Below, piece by piece: positions 44,101 through 53,229 of a stretch of DNA of 64,000 nt. Under the pieces are notes generated by a model. It searched no databases. It was not told the origin of the DNA and was given only the letters and a program-made list of their open reading frames with translations. Origin of the DNA: Mantamonas sphyraenae STR306 (Eukaryota > Protista > CRuMs). The stretch lies in NCBI GenBank assembly GCA_026936335.1, contig JAPMXV010000075.1, positions 124,001 to 188,000 on the forward strand. Reading direction: 5' to 3'. The position numbers and the translations under genes were made by a program. The first letter of the stretch is position 1. Each line of letters opens with the position of its first letter.

Positions 44101-47100
44101 TGGTTGGGTGACGGTGTGATGACACACGAGGAACAACACAACCGGACGGTGGCCATTGTGCCCGGGTCCGCGCACAACATCACAGCGCATGTAAACGCAA
44201 GTTCGTCGACAGTGTACACAGAGAGTGGCATGCGTGCACCCGCCGTCGCTCTGGCTGTGGTGGATGCTGTGGGAAACCTGGTGTGCTCGGGTGACGCCGT
44301 GCGCAATTACACACTGCGACTGGGCACCGAGACCGCCGCGCGGTGGTGGTTGACATGGCAACCGAGCAACAACCACTCAAACAGCTGCTGGCACACAGTG
44401 GACACCCTGGCTCTGGGTACGCCATTGCCGGTGGGTGGGTACAGCGTTGTCGTCGGCACGGATGGGTTGCATGACGCAGTGGTGCCCTTTGTTGTGAAAG
44501 AGGGCCCTGCGTCCGCCATCCAAGCCGTCCATGCGCATCTGGGCTTTGTCAAGAGTGCCACAACGACGCTGGTGCCACAGATGCGCTTCCAGGCTGTGGA
44601 TGTCCTTGGCCAAGGCACCGACGTCCCACCGCGCTCGTGGGCAGCTTCATCGCGGCTGCGGGTGGTTGCAGAGACCAGTGGACACGCCCTGCTGGCGGAT
44701 GTTGTGTTTGGCCAGTGGATCAACGTGACGGGTCTGACGTTGTCGTCGCCTGCGCATGGAGACCACTGTTTTGTGCTGCGCAATGCATCCTCATCCAGTG
44801 GCGCATTGTCGTCCAACACTGTGTGCATGACTGTGGTGTCGGGTGATGTGCACTCCTTTGTGATGAACCACACACAGGCTTTGCTGAGTCTTCGCAGTGG
44901 CACCTCTGTTCCGCTCACGCCGTTGCGGTTGTATGCACTGGATGCGTCGATGGCGTTGCCAGATGTGTCCGGTGGGATGAATGTGTCTGTCAACGTCACC
45001 GTGACGACACTGGGTGTCCATGGCATCCAGGAGGTGTTGCTGCCAGACAAGACATGGTTCGATCTGCACACGGTGCAATTGATCACCCCGCGTGCTGGAC
45101 AGTACATTGTACGCGCCGATGTGTTGTCGGACACTGCCCACACCCAGTCGCTGTCTGTGCCGCTGTCCATCCAGCCTGGAACCGCACACGCCATGGCTGT
45201 GGAGGACGCACCGTGGATGAAGGCAGTTGCGTCCTGGTGGCCGATGGCAGCGGTGCACGTGACGGTGCACGATGTGGCCATGAACACACTTGGATGTGAC
45301 CAACTGGCCATGGAAGGCAGCTGGACAGGCCAGTTGCAAGTGATGGGGACGGCGTCGGCGGCCGTGCCCGCAGATGTGCAGGTGACCAACGCGTGTCAGC
45401 TGCGAGTGAACAGCAGCCACAGCATGGACTTTGCATTCGAGAGCACATACACAGTGCGCGTGCGCGTGCAGTCGGCACAGCAGACCGTGGCCATGGACAC
45501 GCAGGTGCAAATGACGACAGAGTCGTGTGGCAAAGCAGGCAACGGGATGGTCAAGGGTGACACCGTGCGCGGACTGGCCACAAACCGCACCGGGTGTCGC
45601 TGTGATGGATCCAAGCGGTACGATCCCATGGCAGGGCGCTGTCTGGAGGACTATGCACTCACGTCGATGAGAGTCAACTTTGTGGAGGATGTGCCCGAGT
45701 TGACGGTGGAGGTGACATTGAAGGGAGCAGACGGGCAATCCTGTGCAGGCTTGAGTGTGGTGGCAGCGCGTGTGAGTGCAACAGGCACCGGCTCGGCGGC
45801 GTCGGACACACACAGCGTGGATGTGAACAACCCGGTGCTGTCTGGGTGCAGAGTGACGCTGGTGGCTCCGTCAGTGCCGTTGTGGTACGAAAGCACGTAT
45901 GCGGTGACGGCGGAGATGACGGTGTCGTCTGCGGCTGGGTTGACGATGATGAACGGTACCATGGCGCAAGGAGTGGTCACACGAAAGTGCAGGGACAAGG
46001 TCACGCACATGGTGTTCACCAACGACCCATCGGCTGGCGCTGCACGCGGATGTGCCTGCAGTGAGGGTTACATGATGCAGACGGCAGCTGGTCAGGCTCA
46101 GACCAGTTGCGTGGCGTGCGAAAAGGGCCAGTTCAAGGGCAAGGTGGGCAACGGCGCATGTTCTGTGTGTTCTGGCGGACGTACCACGGAAGCGGCAGGC
46201 GAGAACGACGCCAACAAGTGTCGATGCAAGCTGACAGAGTACTTTTCGGGTGTGGAGTGTTCCTCGTGCCCCAGCAACTTTGTGTGTTCCGGAAGCGACG
46301 TGGGTGAGATCCAGGTGCTGCCTGGATTTGTGGTGGATCCAAACAACCGCACACGTGCCATCACATGCCAACTGGCGGAAGCGTGCCAGGGTGGAAACAC
46401 ATGCACGACGGGCTACGACGGCCTGATGTGTTCCCAGTGCGCAGACGGGTGGGGCCGTGCGTCTGGCATGCGTTGCACAGAGTGTGCCGAGCCTTGGGTA
46501 AACTGGACCATGACCATTGTGGCCACGACTGCGTTTGTGGCCGTGGTGGCCTGGTTCATGCGACACTACATGAAAAAGGGAGCCAGCGGACCCGTGTCGT
46601 TGGCACAGTCGGTGGAAAGCGTGGAAGCCATCCCTCCCAAGCTGATCGCCAAACTGGTGCTGAACCACATGCAGATGGTGGGTCTGTTCTCGGTGGTGCG
46701 TGTGGAGTGGGGCGAACTGCTGCACGGGATGTTTGACACGGCGTCGACGGCGGGCATGGGTGTGGAGTTGGCACCCATCAGCTGCGCGTTGGATCACCCT
46801 CTGCATTACTATCGCTTCTACTGGTTTGCATCGTGGCCTTTGGTGGTGCTGGTGGTGTCGACGGTGATCCAGGTGGGTCTGTGGGTGCGTCGACGTGTGC
46901 AGAGCAACACGGGCAGCTGGAGGGAGCTGAAGCAGGCCATCCGGTACTACGCCCTTCCTCTGTCGCATGTGATGAACGCACTGTCCCACTTGATGATCCT
47001 GCGTGCGTTCATCGAGTATCTGGATTGCCAGCAGTTTGGGGACGAGTTGGTGATGCGTGCCGACACACGCATTGTGTGCACCTCGGACGAGTACCTGGCC

Positions 47101-47943
47101 AACATGGCGCCCATCCTGCTGTGGGGACTGTGGGAGGTGTTGGGCCATCCGTTGCTGGTGTTGCAGCGTCTGTGGGATCACAGTCGACATGGACGGCTGG
47201 AGGAGACTCACGTGTGGTCGTCGTACAACTTTTTCTACGCGTCGTACAGGCCCGATCGGTATCTGTACGAGTTTCTGATTCTGGGAAGGAAGGCCATGCT
47301 GGTGGTGGTGACGGTGGGATTCCGAGCAGAGCCGCTGCTGCAGCTGTACGCAGGATCGGTGGTGCTGCTGGTGGCCCTGGTGGTCCAGCAGTACCTGTCG
47401 CCGTATCGGTTCACGTGGCTGACGCGTTTGGAGTTTATCAGCTTGCTCGTGTCGCTGGGCACGCTGATGACAGGGATGCTGATGCTTGGGCGAAACGCAG
47501 GTTCGCAGACGGTGGAGAGCGCGACGGCGTTGTCAGTGGCGCCTTGGCTGGTGATGCTGGCCAACGTTGGGTTCATGGCTCTGTGTATATGGATGGGTGG
47601 CAAGGTGGGCGCGGAAAAGATGAAGGGGAAAGGCTCCAAGGTGATGGACGCATTGGGAAGCTTTCGGTCTGCCAGTAGGACGGGGAGGGCCAGTAGGGAG
47701 AGTGGAGGGGATACGAAGGACGATGTGGAGGATGAATGGGCGCTGGCGACGGTGGGATCGTCGGGTGTGAGCATGGCGCAGACGAGCATGATTGAGTTGA
47801 GCGAGCTGGGGGTGATGACGTTGTCGAGTGAGGGTGGGGAGGGTGTGGGTGAGGAGAGTGGGAGTGAGGAGGAGGAGGAGGACGGGGAAGAGGAGGAGGA
47901 GGAGAAGGAGGAGAAGGGAGAGACGACGGGAACAGCAGCTTGA
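35104..47943 (+). CDS. Giant (~4200 aa) surface protein: SBBP-like beta-propellers, Cys-rich TNFR/ephrin-like repeats, EGF, IPT/TIG, Ig-like stalk, ~7 TM domain, acidic tail; true start uncertain
   Basis: 12.8-kb open frame; signal-like LAIVALFVVQVVCW; propeller repeats WTIQYGGTGNDRSWGLAVDVDGALYVAGET; EGF CSNRGPCINSTCQCNPGFT; CTTGYDGLMCSQC; TM domain with FFYASYRPDRYLYEFLILGRK. Confidence 0.85.
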   Translation: MGPCDLRATSLGEGLCEREKYVHEHAAQLTHTPHVDCTSTQDAELECIHTWKSRGCIRKDEKYRRIEKEATTSESFRNPRRTRVSEFGDRESQTQYAGTSECVERRAGARQRVTSTNRWDRLGRASWTGRLAIVALFVVQVVCWRVDAGAVCPANTYNVTMGNSSVCTACPSGKYSSAGSPACYAPWVTQFGGTGEDAMYGALFVKDGVVAWGRTTGSINGVACPEPGVHTGYVTKLDFSGTVQWTTMINRGTGPDGVHDVDVDDAGNLYLAAFTFGGAYPGFAYKGHYDLVMMKLSPQGTQLWVDQFGSTGHDNPSSSLVTADGRVHLFGWVSGDVDGLASAGQDSIVRTYNQTGSVLSTYMWGTSATDSLANIFNARESSNGSVCAVGGTSGSFDGYTLSGASDAFFTVFQADGSNYTVQFGSTSTDTASGCTWSSDGEKLFVSGTTGGSIGSQVHVSGNDMFVAMFSGQNMVWVAQAGSQGDEFGNGLVFWDDTLLACGRTTGSMEVGHALGGLDVFCTYIRASDGSVLETMQSGSSGDNYAEAMDIDAGGNVLLSSSSVGSVDGNSALGNFDAVVWWRPFKCPAGRYGLFCTLCPMGTYSSEEGAMRCTQATCTTGQFQGVATGRTSLADVCFPMVKGVWTYTTARSGEAENAYAVHIDAASNTLLTGYTNGVIKAGNSSGNAQGIHDAWVRKAKPDGTALWSHQWGTTGHDAGHAVCSDDALDVYVGGYVSNNVGHITKLSGSTGSQLWQVSDLEASSFVTAVAEHKGVLFAGGDAHANQHGFTNPIPGRRYGWVGALSASNGTWLWFKPIRSEFDDAVTAIAVDTVDGTVFVGGVTGGIIGVTSGTTGKAAAFVGRYTSTGTLVYLVQTEATMTGRGLAYDRARGALYQSGYTNAAIPGAGGHFGADDVFVTRYSASTGVREWTIQYGGTGNDRSWGLAVDVDGALYVAGETSSNFDGYTNPVPGDGQMLLSKVAPDGVRLWTKIWGTIAYDGNYAVHVRNGYLYTAGWFNGPATDGCMTLLDHPPCPEGTYERLDATLDQPYRAACQPCDNDLCVSGSKALVASDLYGESFTILPSDVGGYEVFFNSAERFVIGRITSQNDEVFAITGNVTGLSADVFGILGSLDGDMILQIHRDEPSNKPIALVRVDNKGNVVWAREYYSFPYIANVRVLRFLTLLQLDNSNMLLSGQIKSTFNGVIADFLLWLDGYGVPIEARFGGTQSFFSVRLVDNSLGAQGFMENPPRVFVGTFDSSLGYISRRLSFCDFGAGGFSDVASAKRSNGNYVWVFRLAASPALIQIVELSSEQHRFVLRRQLDPVGILSSEVRTLVATADGGVILYSKVGLTTRILRLSPTWQTYNDTYYECACDISMLQPLENGDIILSFKVSGATSTKLMRVSSAFETGTSCENPFVVKSAGFVLTSFSHCGTHSVVGDFGYTKEGHGTASDSMLGATKAMVMDHTALDIRITTLNISQTCGGCDNHCSNRGPCINSTCQCNPGFTDRPTCTEGVLSGVTSTLNLVSTTPRNALPAIVSVQMTSRDAFGVLKTVGGYTSRFLNATAFHAATQTTLLSSSNATDLGTGAYTFPFLLDPPGEWTITVNVASASNPLAVDGSPTTNLTLSAYDCTAELSPNATSISSTSPARVVLNRATNMTIPTTAFCRLSLIRWVPVNVSCTNSSYALFGLPVNAPQPTATFPHLGTFQLCFSTDSGTTWHRQTSTSTHVTVIEHPYIADIQPTRLQPRGVPLTVTMTGSGFDTVDPAHDRVCFSPSHCVAPTIQSSTGLTCTLPAIPTPGNLTVALSLHSADNTPIPRPVYTPVDWMSIYETPTITSITPRTIPAHEGGRVRIDGLHFTTPSMVFKLHMLRSPGGPVLATNCTTPSPTTVTCDLPPVDAPALSYAQISLNDGVTFSGGETQQFLFIFDREAKCDNTVELEISRQLRQELSVAHYMPNVLRGVQPMSNSTWEAYNVTTITDDDFCCRFRPEDSETRCGAFSAARTQDMQVSYGTHAPVVTSETITAWNRPCDFLPRAYKVQHRMNASVPWQSMQGSRLCSSVSGERGSVSICVDMFAQVLASQFRIVVVNNTISGSAVDLASTQGYWIQEIQVRGVLVTQPYSLVGRFVTSGSNSTSVQSGAGTTWTDALHVQLTNVLGEDLAVAGVRVVLNIPAWNTSGVATTVANGSAVVPRISTPKPQLVGEVAARLSIHPQDAIQAPDLDTSHAVLMRIVPGVAHRVVATAKNTNGSDVASLMFNTQRSVVLTGTYTIGVSLRDFAGNTVGGYDTPTQRACNATYYGTVVSTATMSSGTATLSALSMEAPNPGDTTPLQVACAGVAHVDTVPVVVLTGLPTNLTLTNGTDLVQQTTTEATMQLSRLVITVVDDLGNASPAGTARNVSIALIRGGVTMQVWWRSIAGTSTHVDTGTLSLGSPLASGSYALEIATDGLHGTAAVVQVDVGSAVAFRVVSASQTHPTRATVALDTITLQPVDVLGQDTVRPPAQWQGSLTVSNNRNGVILRTGVPFTSPLHLANLSLSAPAHGVHTVNVSSTVYNSALNDTLVTLSITAGSVTHAQLNCTGAALPSSPSVQLSTCVVSLRDAAGQVPALNGSSAVQVSLSANSSMDPSTVLATLDSAEVDLTSVRLLSPLAGTVSLSATVRVDGQSVPVLPASVAQRVDAGPAANVTIVAVNGSTTLATQPGMRVPSVTLDVRDVVGNRLEVGQGSREAMVRLLRSHGAVVQTWNVTIDGVTSTGPLPLDEALPSDSYTLAVSSQGLYGANVAIDVVPGPAVELHALSESLGQLRTATQVALPPSAWVKRDSLGQVTSMGTIQTQVSIVYDGTNAAAVALAGWTADKNDTVLVVSGVQLASPVRGKHTLVLTDALSHFVANVTLVINPGNPVSSMLTCTEGFTTVASALHVPIACNVSLLDASESLAYIEAGRWVRIGLTIQPTSRVAPASRNISLVGGQHTLDLHSLFALEAPMARTNPYVMYVTIAWLGDGVMTHEEQHNRTVAIVPGSAHNITAHVNASSSTVYTESGMRAPAVALAVVDAVGNLVCSGDAVRNYTLRLGTETAARWWLTWQPSNNHSNSCWHTVDTLALGTPLPVGGYSVVVGTDGLHDAVVPFVVKEGPASAIQAVHAHLGFVKSATTTLVPQMRFQAVDVLGQGTDVPPRSWAASSRLRVVAETSGHALLADVVFGQWINVTGLTLSSPAHGDHCFVLRNASSSSGALSSNTVCMTVVSGDVHSFVMNHTQALLSLRSGTSVPLTPLRLYALDASMALPDVSGGMNVSVNVTVTTLGVHGIQEVLLPDKTWFDLHTVQLITPRAGQYIVRADVLSDTAHTQSLSVPLSIQPGTAHAMAVEDAPWMKAVASWWPMAAVHVTVHDVAMNTLGCDQLAMEGSWTGQLQVMGTASAAVPADVQVTNACQLRVNSSHSMDFAFESTYTVRVRVQSAQQTVAMDTQVQMTTESCGKAGNGMVKGDTVRGLATNRTGCRCDGSKRYDPMAGRCLEDYALTSMRVNFVEDVPELTVEVTLKGADGQSCAGLSVVAARVSATGTGSAASDTHSVDVNNPVLSGCRVTLVAPSVPLWYESTYAVTAEMTVSSAAGLTMMNGTMAQGVVTRKCRDKVTHMVFTNDPSAGAARGCACSEGYMMQTAAGQAQTSCVACEKGQFKGKVGNGACSVCSGGRTTEAAGENDANKCRCKLTEYFSGVECSSCPSNFVCSGSDVGEIQVLPGFVVDPNNRTRAITCQLAEACQGGNTCTTGYDGLMCSQCADGWGRASGMRCTECAEPWVNWTMTIVATTAFVAVVAWFMRHYMKKGASGPVSLAQSVESVEAIPPKLIAKLVLNHMQMVGLFSVVRVEWGELLHGMFDTASTAGMGVELAPISCALDHPLHYYRFYWFASWPLVVLVVSTVIQVGLWVRRRVQSNTGSWRELKQAIRYYALPLSHVMNALSHLMILRAFIEYLDCQQFGDELVMRADTRIVCTSDEYLANMAPILLWGLWEVLGHPLLVLQRLWDHSRHGRLEETHVWSSYNFFYASYRPDRYLYEFLILGRKAMLVVVTVGFRAEPLLQLYAGSVVLLVALVVQQYLSPYRFTWLTRLEFISLLVSLGTLMTGMLMLGRNAGSQTVESATALSVAPWLVMLANVGFMALCIWMGGKVGAEKMKGKGSKVMDALGSFRSASRTGRASRESGGDTKDDVEDEWALATVGSSGVSMAQTSMIELSELGVMTLSSEGGEGVGEESGSEEEEEDGEEEEEEKEEKGETTGTAA

Positions 47944-48489
47944 GGGCGTGGTGAAGTGGAGAGTACAAGTTCGTTGTCTCATCTCACAAGTGGATGCCAT
48001 GGATGCCCAGGATGATCTGACTTGCAAGGTTGTGGACGCATGATGGATAATTGCCATTGAGTGCTGTTATCAATTCCCTCGTCCAAGGATGTGGCCCATG
48101 TGGGCATGAAAGGCGGTTGTTGTCGAGTCTCCGCGTCCGTTGTCCACCGGGCCTGTCCCCGATACCGTCACACACCGCTCTCAAGATGGAGGGTTGTTGA
48201 TGAGATGTAGATGCAGCACGTGCAGCGTTGAGTGCATGAGTCGTCGAATGGAACTGGCTGCCGCCATGCACTGACATGGCATTTTGCTCGTTCAGCACGT
48301 GTCACCCCACCTCATACCTTCTGAAGTCCCCTCACATGGCACCGTCACTCCTCAACTCCCAGCATCATCCATATAGACATGCGGTGCTGGCACGTGGAGG
48401 AGAGCCGACGACGGGGTCTGGTGAACATGGCGACAATGTGCGTGATTCACCATCAGAGACATGTGATGGTACAGAGTCCGTTGACTGGA

Positions 48490-50513
48490 TCATGGTGTGG
48501 GCACAATGGTCATCTTGGAATTGTAGCAGCTGAACGCAGGGTACCACGTGCCGTCGTCAATGTTGTCGATGATGACGTCGACGTTGCCATTGCGGGAGAA
48601 GGTCAGCGTGTGAGCTGTGGTGTCCAGCTCCACCGTCACAATGTCGCCTTGGTTGTAGCGCGTGTTGATGTCGGTGGAACTTCCATTCTTGTACGTGTAC
48701 CCACCGGAGCTGAATGTGTACCAGCTGTGGCTTTCCTGCTTGGCCCCTGTGAGCCATGCGGTGTCAGTACTTTCCATGTGGTGTCTGTGAGATGTGATGA
48801 CTTACCAACAAAGGTGCTTCTGAGATCACTGCTGCTGTTGCAGATGCCGATCATAATCTGGGACAATCGGTCCACTCGCGCGCTCCATCGCTGTCCCGAG
48901 CGCAGCTTCTTCTTGCCAATCCATGTTGCCCAGGAGTTGCTACTGACATCCAGACTGTCCTCCGTGAATGTTCCCCGGCTTTGGTCGACCCGGTCCCAGT
49001 CCAGACCGATGGTTGCATTCTCTCGCTCCGTGTCGCAAACTGGTTCCTGACCCTTGCTTATGCGCAGGGCATCTACCAGACCATTCGTCAACACCTCCAA
49101 CTCCACATGCCGCGTGTCCCACTCTCCGTCCACCTTCATCCCTTCCAGACGTTCCGGACTCAGCAGCCCAAACCGCACACACCCATACATCCGCCTCTCC
49201 CACCCTTCCTCCTCCTCCTCCCCATCATGTTCCTCCACATACCTCTCCACAATCTCCAGCACGTCGTCCTCACTCTTCACCTTGATCCTATCGGCACTCA
49301 GAATCAGCTCCGCCACCCACACCGGCAGCCCGCTCATGTTCACACGCCCATCCTCCCGCAACACCTCCAGCTTCCCCGCAATCGTCACACACAATCCTTT
49401 CACCACTTCCTCACTCGCACCTGTTGCCAGTGCCACCTTCAGCAATCCCATCTCCTCGTCGTGCCTAACGCCCTCCAACAATCCACTCAGGTACTCCACA
49501 TCCTCTGCCTCCACCATCTCCTCCACATCCACACTGTCCAAATACCCACCCACCACCCGTGCCAGCTTTCTCTTGTCCACTCCCTCCTCCCCATGCTGCT
49601 CCAACGCCACCTTGACCATTGCCACAAACACACAGCCCCGCATAAACCCAAACGCCCCACCACCCACCGCATCTGCCACCTTGCCCCACTCCTTTGCCAC
49701 CCGCAACACACTTGCATGGTACACATTGGAGTGCACCACCTCGGCGACACCCATGGCCCCCACGAGACTGCCCCCACGACACATCCTCACCAGTGTCTCT
49801 GCATCATGCTCCTGTCCCACCCACTGCATCACATGCTCCGTCAGCATGGGCATCAGCCAGAACTGTGCCACGGCCAACAGACTGTAACACAGCTCCACGT
49901 TGGTCACAGGCAGGGTACCGCCGTAGCACCACCCCACCGCCACTTCCATTGCACGCAACACACCCACACTCTGTGTGCCCCGCTTCACCACCATTCGAAA
50001 CATCCCTCCCCCCTGTCCATCCTCCCTGCTGTGTTCCAACACCGCTGCCCCCGACGACGCTGCTGCCCCGTCCTCAACCTCCAGCAGATACCGCCACAGT
50101 CCGCTGTGCAGACACAGAAACGAACGGTGTGCACGAAGCACCACGTCCTTTCCTCCCAGATCGTCTCCATCTGGTGTCCCGTCATTGTCCATTCGCTGGT
50201 GTGAGCGTGGTTCAATCTCTTCCTTCCCCACTCCAAACTCACCCGCCCCATCCAGTCCTTCCAGCACAATCTCCACATCGGTACACAGACCACTCTTGTA
50301 CATGTCATGAAACAGCGTGCGCACTGCTGGTGACGTGTCGGGTCCTGCCTTGCCCTGCAGCGGCGAAAGAGGGCCGTACGCCTTTGTGCGCTCCGACTGC
50401 AGGTAATGGTCAGGTCCATCTGTGGACAGACCATGCACACTGCGCATCCCATGGTTGGTGTTGCTGCTGCTGTCTGCCTTGCCCTTGCCCTTGCCCCGTG
50501 CGATTGTGCTCAT
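48490..50513 (-). CDS. BTB/POZ-BACK-like-SPRY protein; complement(join(48490..48746,48806..50513)), ~654 aa
   Basis: BTB TDVEIVL..LRAHRSFLCLHSGLWR; BACK-like LSADRIKVKSEDDVLEIVERY..CVRFGLLS; SPRY YNQGDIVTVELDTTAHTLTFSRNG..WYPAFS. A 59-nt intron GTAAGT..ACTGAC..CAG joins the two ORFs. Confidence 0.85.
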
Positions 50514-51178
50514 TGTTCCCCCCACTGCGTGTGTGTTTCGTGTTGTTGTGTCACACCCGTCGCATTGCACACCCCATCCATCAACCACCACCAAGAACGC
50601 AGATCTGAAACGGGCAGTGGCGGTGTAGTTGCCTTTGTTCACTCGATTGGCAATGTGCAAGCAAAGGGGGGTCGACACCACTCCTTTCTTCCTCGGACGC
50701 ATCCGTTTCCTTCCCTGCTGGTGGCACTGATGGGCAAAGACAGGACGGTGTGTGTGTCACTCTGGATATTGGAACAACGTCATGGAGGTGTGCGTGGAGG
50801 GTTGTAAAGTGGGGAGGAAATGTGGCTCTTTCATGTGTGGTGGTGGTGGTGGATGGATGGAGGAAGAGGGTCAGAAGCAGGAGGCACGATGGAACGCCGT
50901 CCTACTGTAGGTTGTGGCGTAGTGGGGGGTGAATGTAGGTGGAAGATCGGGTGTGTGTGTTGTCGACGCGGAATGTGAAGGCGGCGAAGAAGAGGCTGAG
51001 CGCTCCTTGTCCTCTATGCGCGAGTGCAACAACGCATATTGCATACAGACAGTTTTGAACAGTCATCAGGTAGGGAGGGGCGGGGGTATCGGGGACTTGT
51101 GCCCGTGTATAGATGGGATAGAGAGAGAGTCACGGAGGAATCAGGAGAGGCTGACAATCATGGGATATCGCAGGAAAT

Positions 51179-53229
51179 ATGGGCTTAAACGTACATCAGT
51201 GGTTGGAATTGTTGCAGAGCGGGGACCATGGGCGGATTGTGGAAGCTTTGGAGGATCAGGGAACGGTGAGTAGGCGGAAAGAAATCGGGAGGGCGTTTTG
51301 GGTGAGCGTGACGTTGATCGTCGCACCAGAAGAAGGGAAGGAGGGATGGGAGTAGGGTGGATGTGATGGTGAGTACGCAGGGTGGAACGTGTGTTGACAC
51401 GGCACACACAGAAATTGGACCTTGCACGTGGGGACCTGGGAGACAAAGAAGCAGCGGCACTCGCGCGGGCACTGGCTCAGAACAGCAGCTTGCAGACCCT
51501 GGACCTCAACAACAACACCATCGGGGCAGAAGGCGCCGCAGCACTGGGGCAGGCACTAAGTGAGAACAGCGGCTTGCAGACACTGATTCTCTGGGACAAC
51601 GGCCTCGGGGACGAAGGAGCAGCAGCGCTTGGGCAGGGACTGATTGATAACACCGCCTTGCAGACGCTGGACCTTGAGAACAACAGCATCGGGGACAAAG
51701 GCGCAAGAGCAATGGGGCAGGCACTGAGTAGGAACAGCTGCTTGCAGACACTGAACCTGGGAATCAACTGCATCGGGCCAGAAGGCGCAGCAGCACTGAC
51801 GCAGGCACTGTGTGAGAACACCACCTTGCAGACGCTGGACCTCGGAAACAACAGCATTGGGGCAGAAGGCGCAGCAGCGCTGACGCCGGCACTGAGTGAG
51901 AACACCGGCTTGCAGACTCTGTACCTTAGTAGCAACAGCATCGGCGACAAAGGAGCAGCCGCACTGGCGCAGGGACTGAGGGAGAACCAGAACTTGCAGG
52001 CACTGAGCCTCTTCTACAACAGCGTCGGAGCAGAAGGAGCGGCAGCACTGGGGCAGGCTCTGAGTATGAACAGCAGCTTGCAGACACTGAACCTCGGCTG
52101 GAACAGTTTCGGGGCGGAAGGCGCAGCAGCACTGGCGCAGGCACTGAGGGAGAACCAGAGCTTGCACACACTCATCCTCAGCTCGTGCGGCACTGGTGCA
52201 GAGGGAGCAGCAGCACTGGGGCAGGCGCTGAGGGAGAACAACAGTTTGCAGACTCTGAATTTTGGAAACAACAGTATCGGTGACGAAGGGGCCGCAGCAC
52301 TGGGACAGGCTCTGAGTAGGAACAGCAGCTTGCGGACACTGTACCTCAGCCTTAACAGCATCGAGGACGAAGGAGCAGCAGCACTGGGACAGGCACTGAG
52401 TGAGAACAGCTGCTTGCAGAAAATAGACCTCGCAAACAACAGCATCGAGGCAGAAGGCGCAGTAGCACTGGCGCAGGGTCTGAGCAAGAACAGCAGCTTG
52501 CAGACACTGAACCTCAGTACCAACACCATCAGGGCAGAAGGAGCAAAAGCGCTGGCGCAGGCACTGGGTGAGAACAGCACCTTGCAGATGCTGAGTCTCA
52601 GCTTCAATCCTACCGGGGACGAAGGAGCAGTAGCACTGGCTCAGGCATTGAGTGAGAGCAACAGCTTGCAGACACTTGACCTCGGGAACACCAGCATCAG
52701 GACAGAAGGTGCAGCAGCGCTTGCTCAGGCGATGGAGGGCAATCGCTCCTGCTGGAAGATTGAAGGCGTTCGCAATGACGCGTTGCAGTCGCTGTTGGAG
52801 AGGAACATGGAGAATCACGTGGAGTTTGTGGAGTGTGGGGATGTGGAGACGATGAGAGAGTTGTGGGAATGGGGTGTGCCTGTGGACACGTTTGCAGGGG
52901 ATGAGGGGGAGGAGACTGCGCTGGAGAGGGCTGTGAAGGGTGGGGATGAGACGATTGTGGATGTGTTGCGGGCGTGGGGTGCGACGCCGAGGATGGAAAC
53001 GGTGGAGATTGTGAGGAAGGGAGGGTGGAGGAAGGCGTGGCATTGGATTGGATGGGGTGGGCAGGTGGATGAGGCGATGGAGGTGGCGCTGGTGATGAAT
53101 GGGGAGGAGAGGGAGGCGATGTTTGAATGTGGAGGGATGGAGGCGTATGAACCGACTGCACAGTGGATGACACTGCCGGATGAGGTGATGGAGAGGGTGA
53201 TTGGGTGGATGGGGAGGGGTGGGTGGTGA
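51179..53229 (+). CDS. LRR-ankyrin-F-box-like paralogue A, ~16 RI-type LRRs; join(51179..51265,51412..53229), ~634 aa
   Basis: Exon 1 MGLNVHQWLELLQSGDH; phase-0 intron; 28-aa LRRs; ankyrin-like ETALERAVKGGDETIVDVLRAWGA; ends WMTLPDEVMERVIGWMG. Confidence 0.88.

Noticed and set aside
48636-48810. Apparent frameshift in the BTB-SPRY gene
   Set aside because: Explained by a canonical 59-nt intron (48805..48747).
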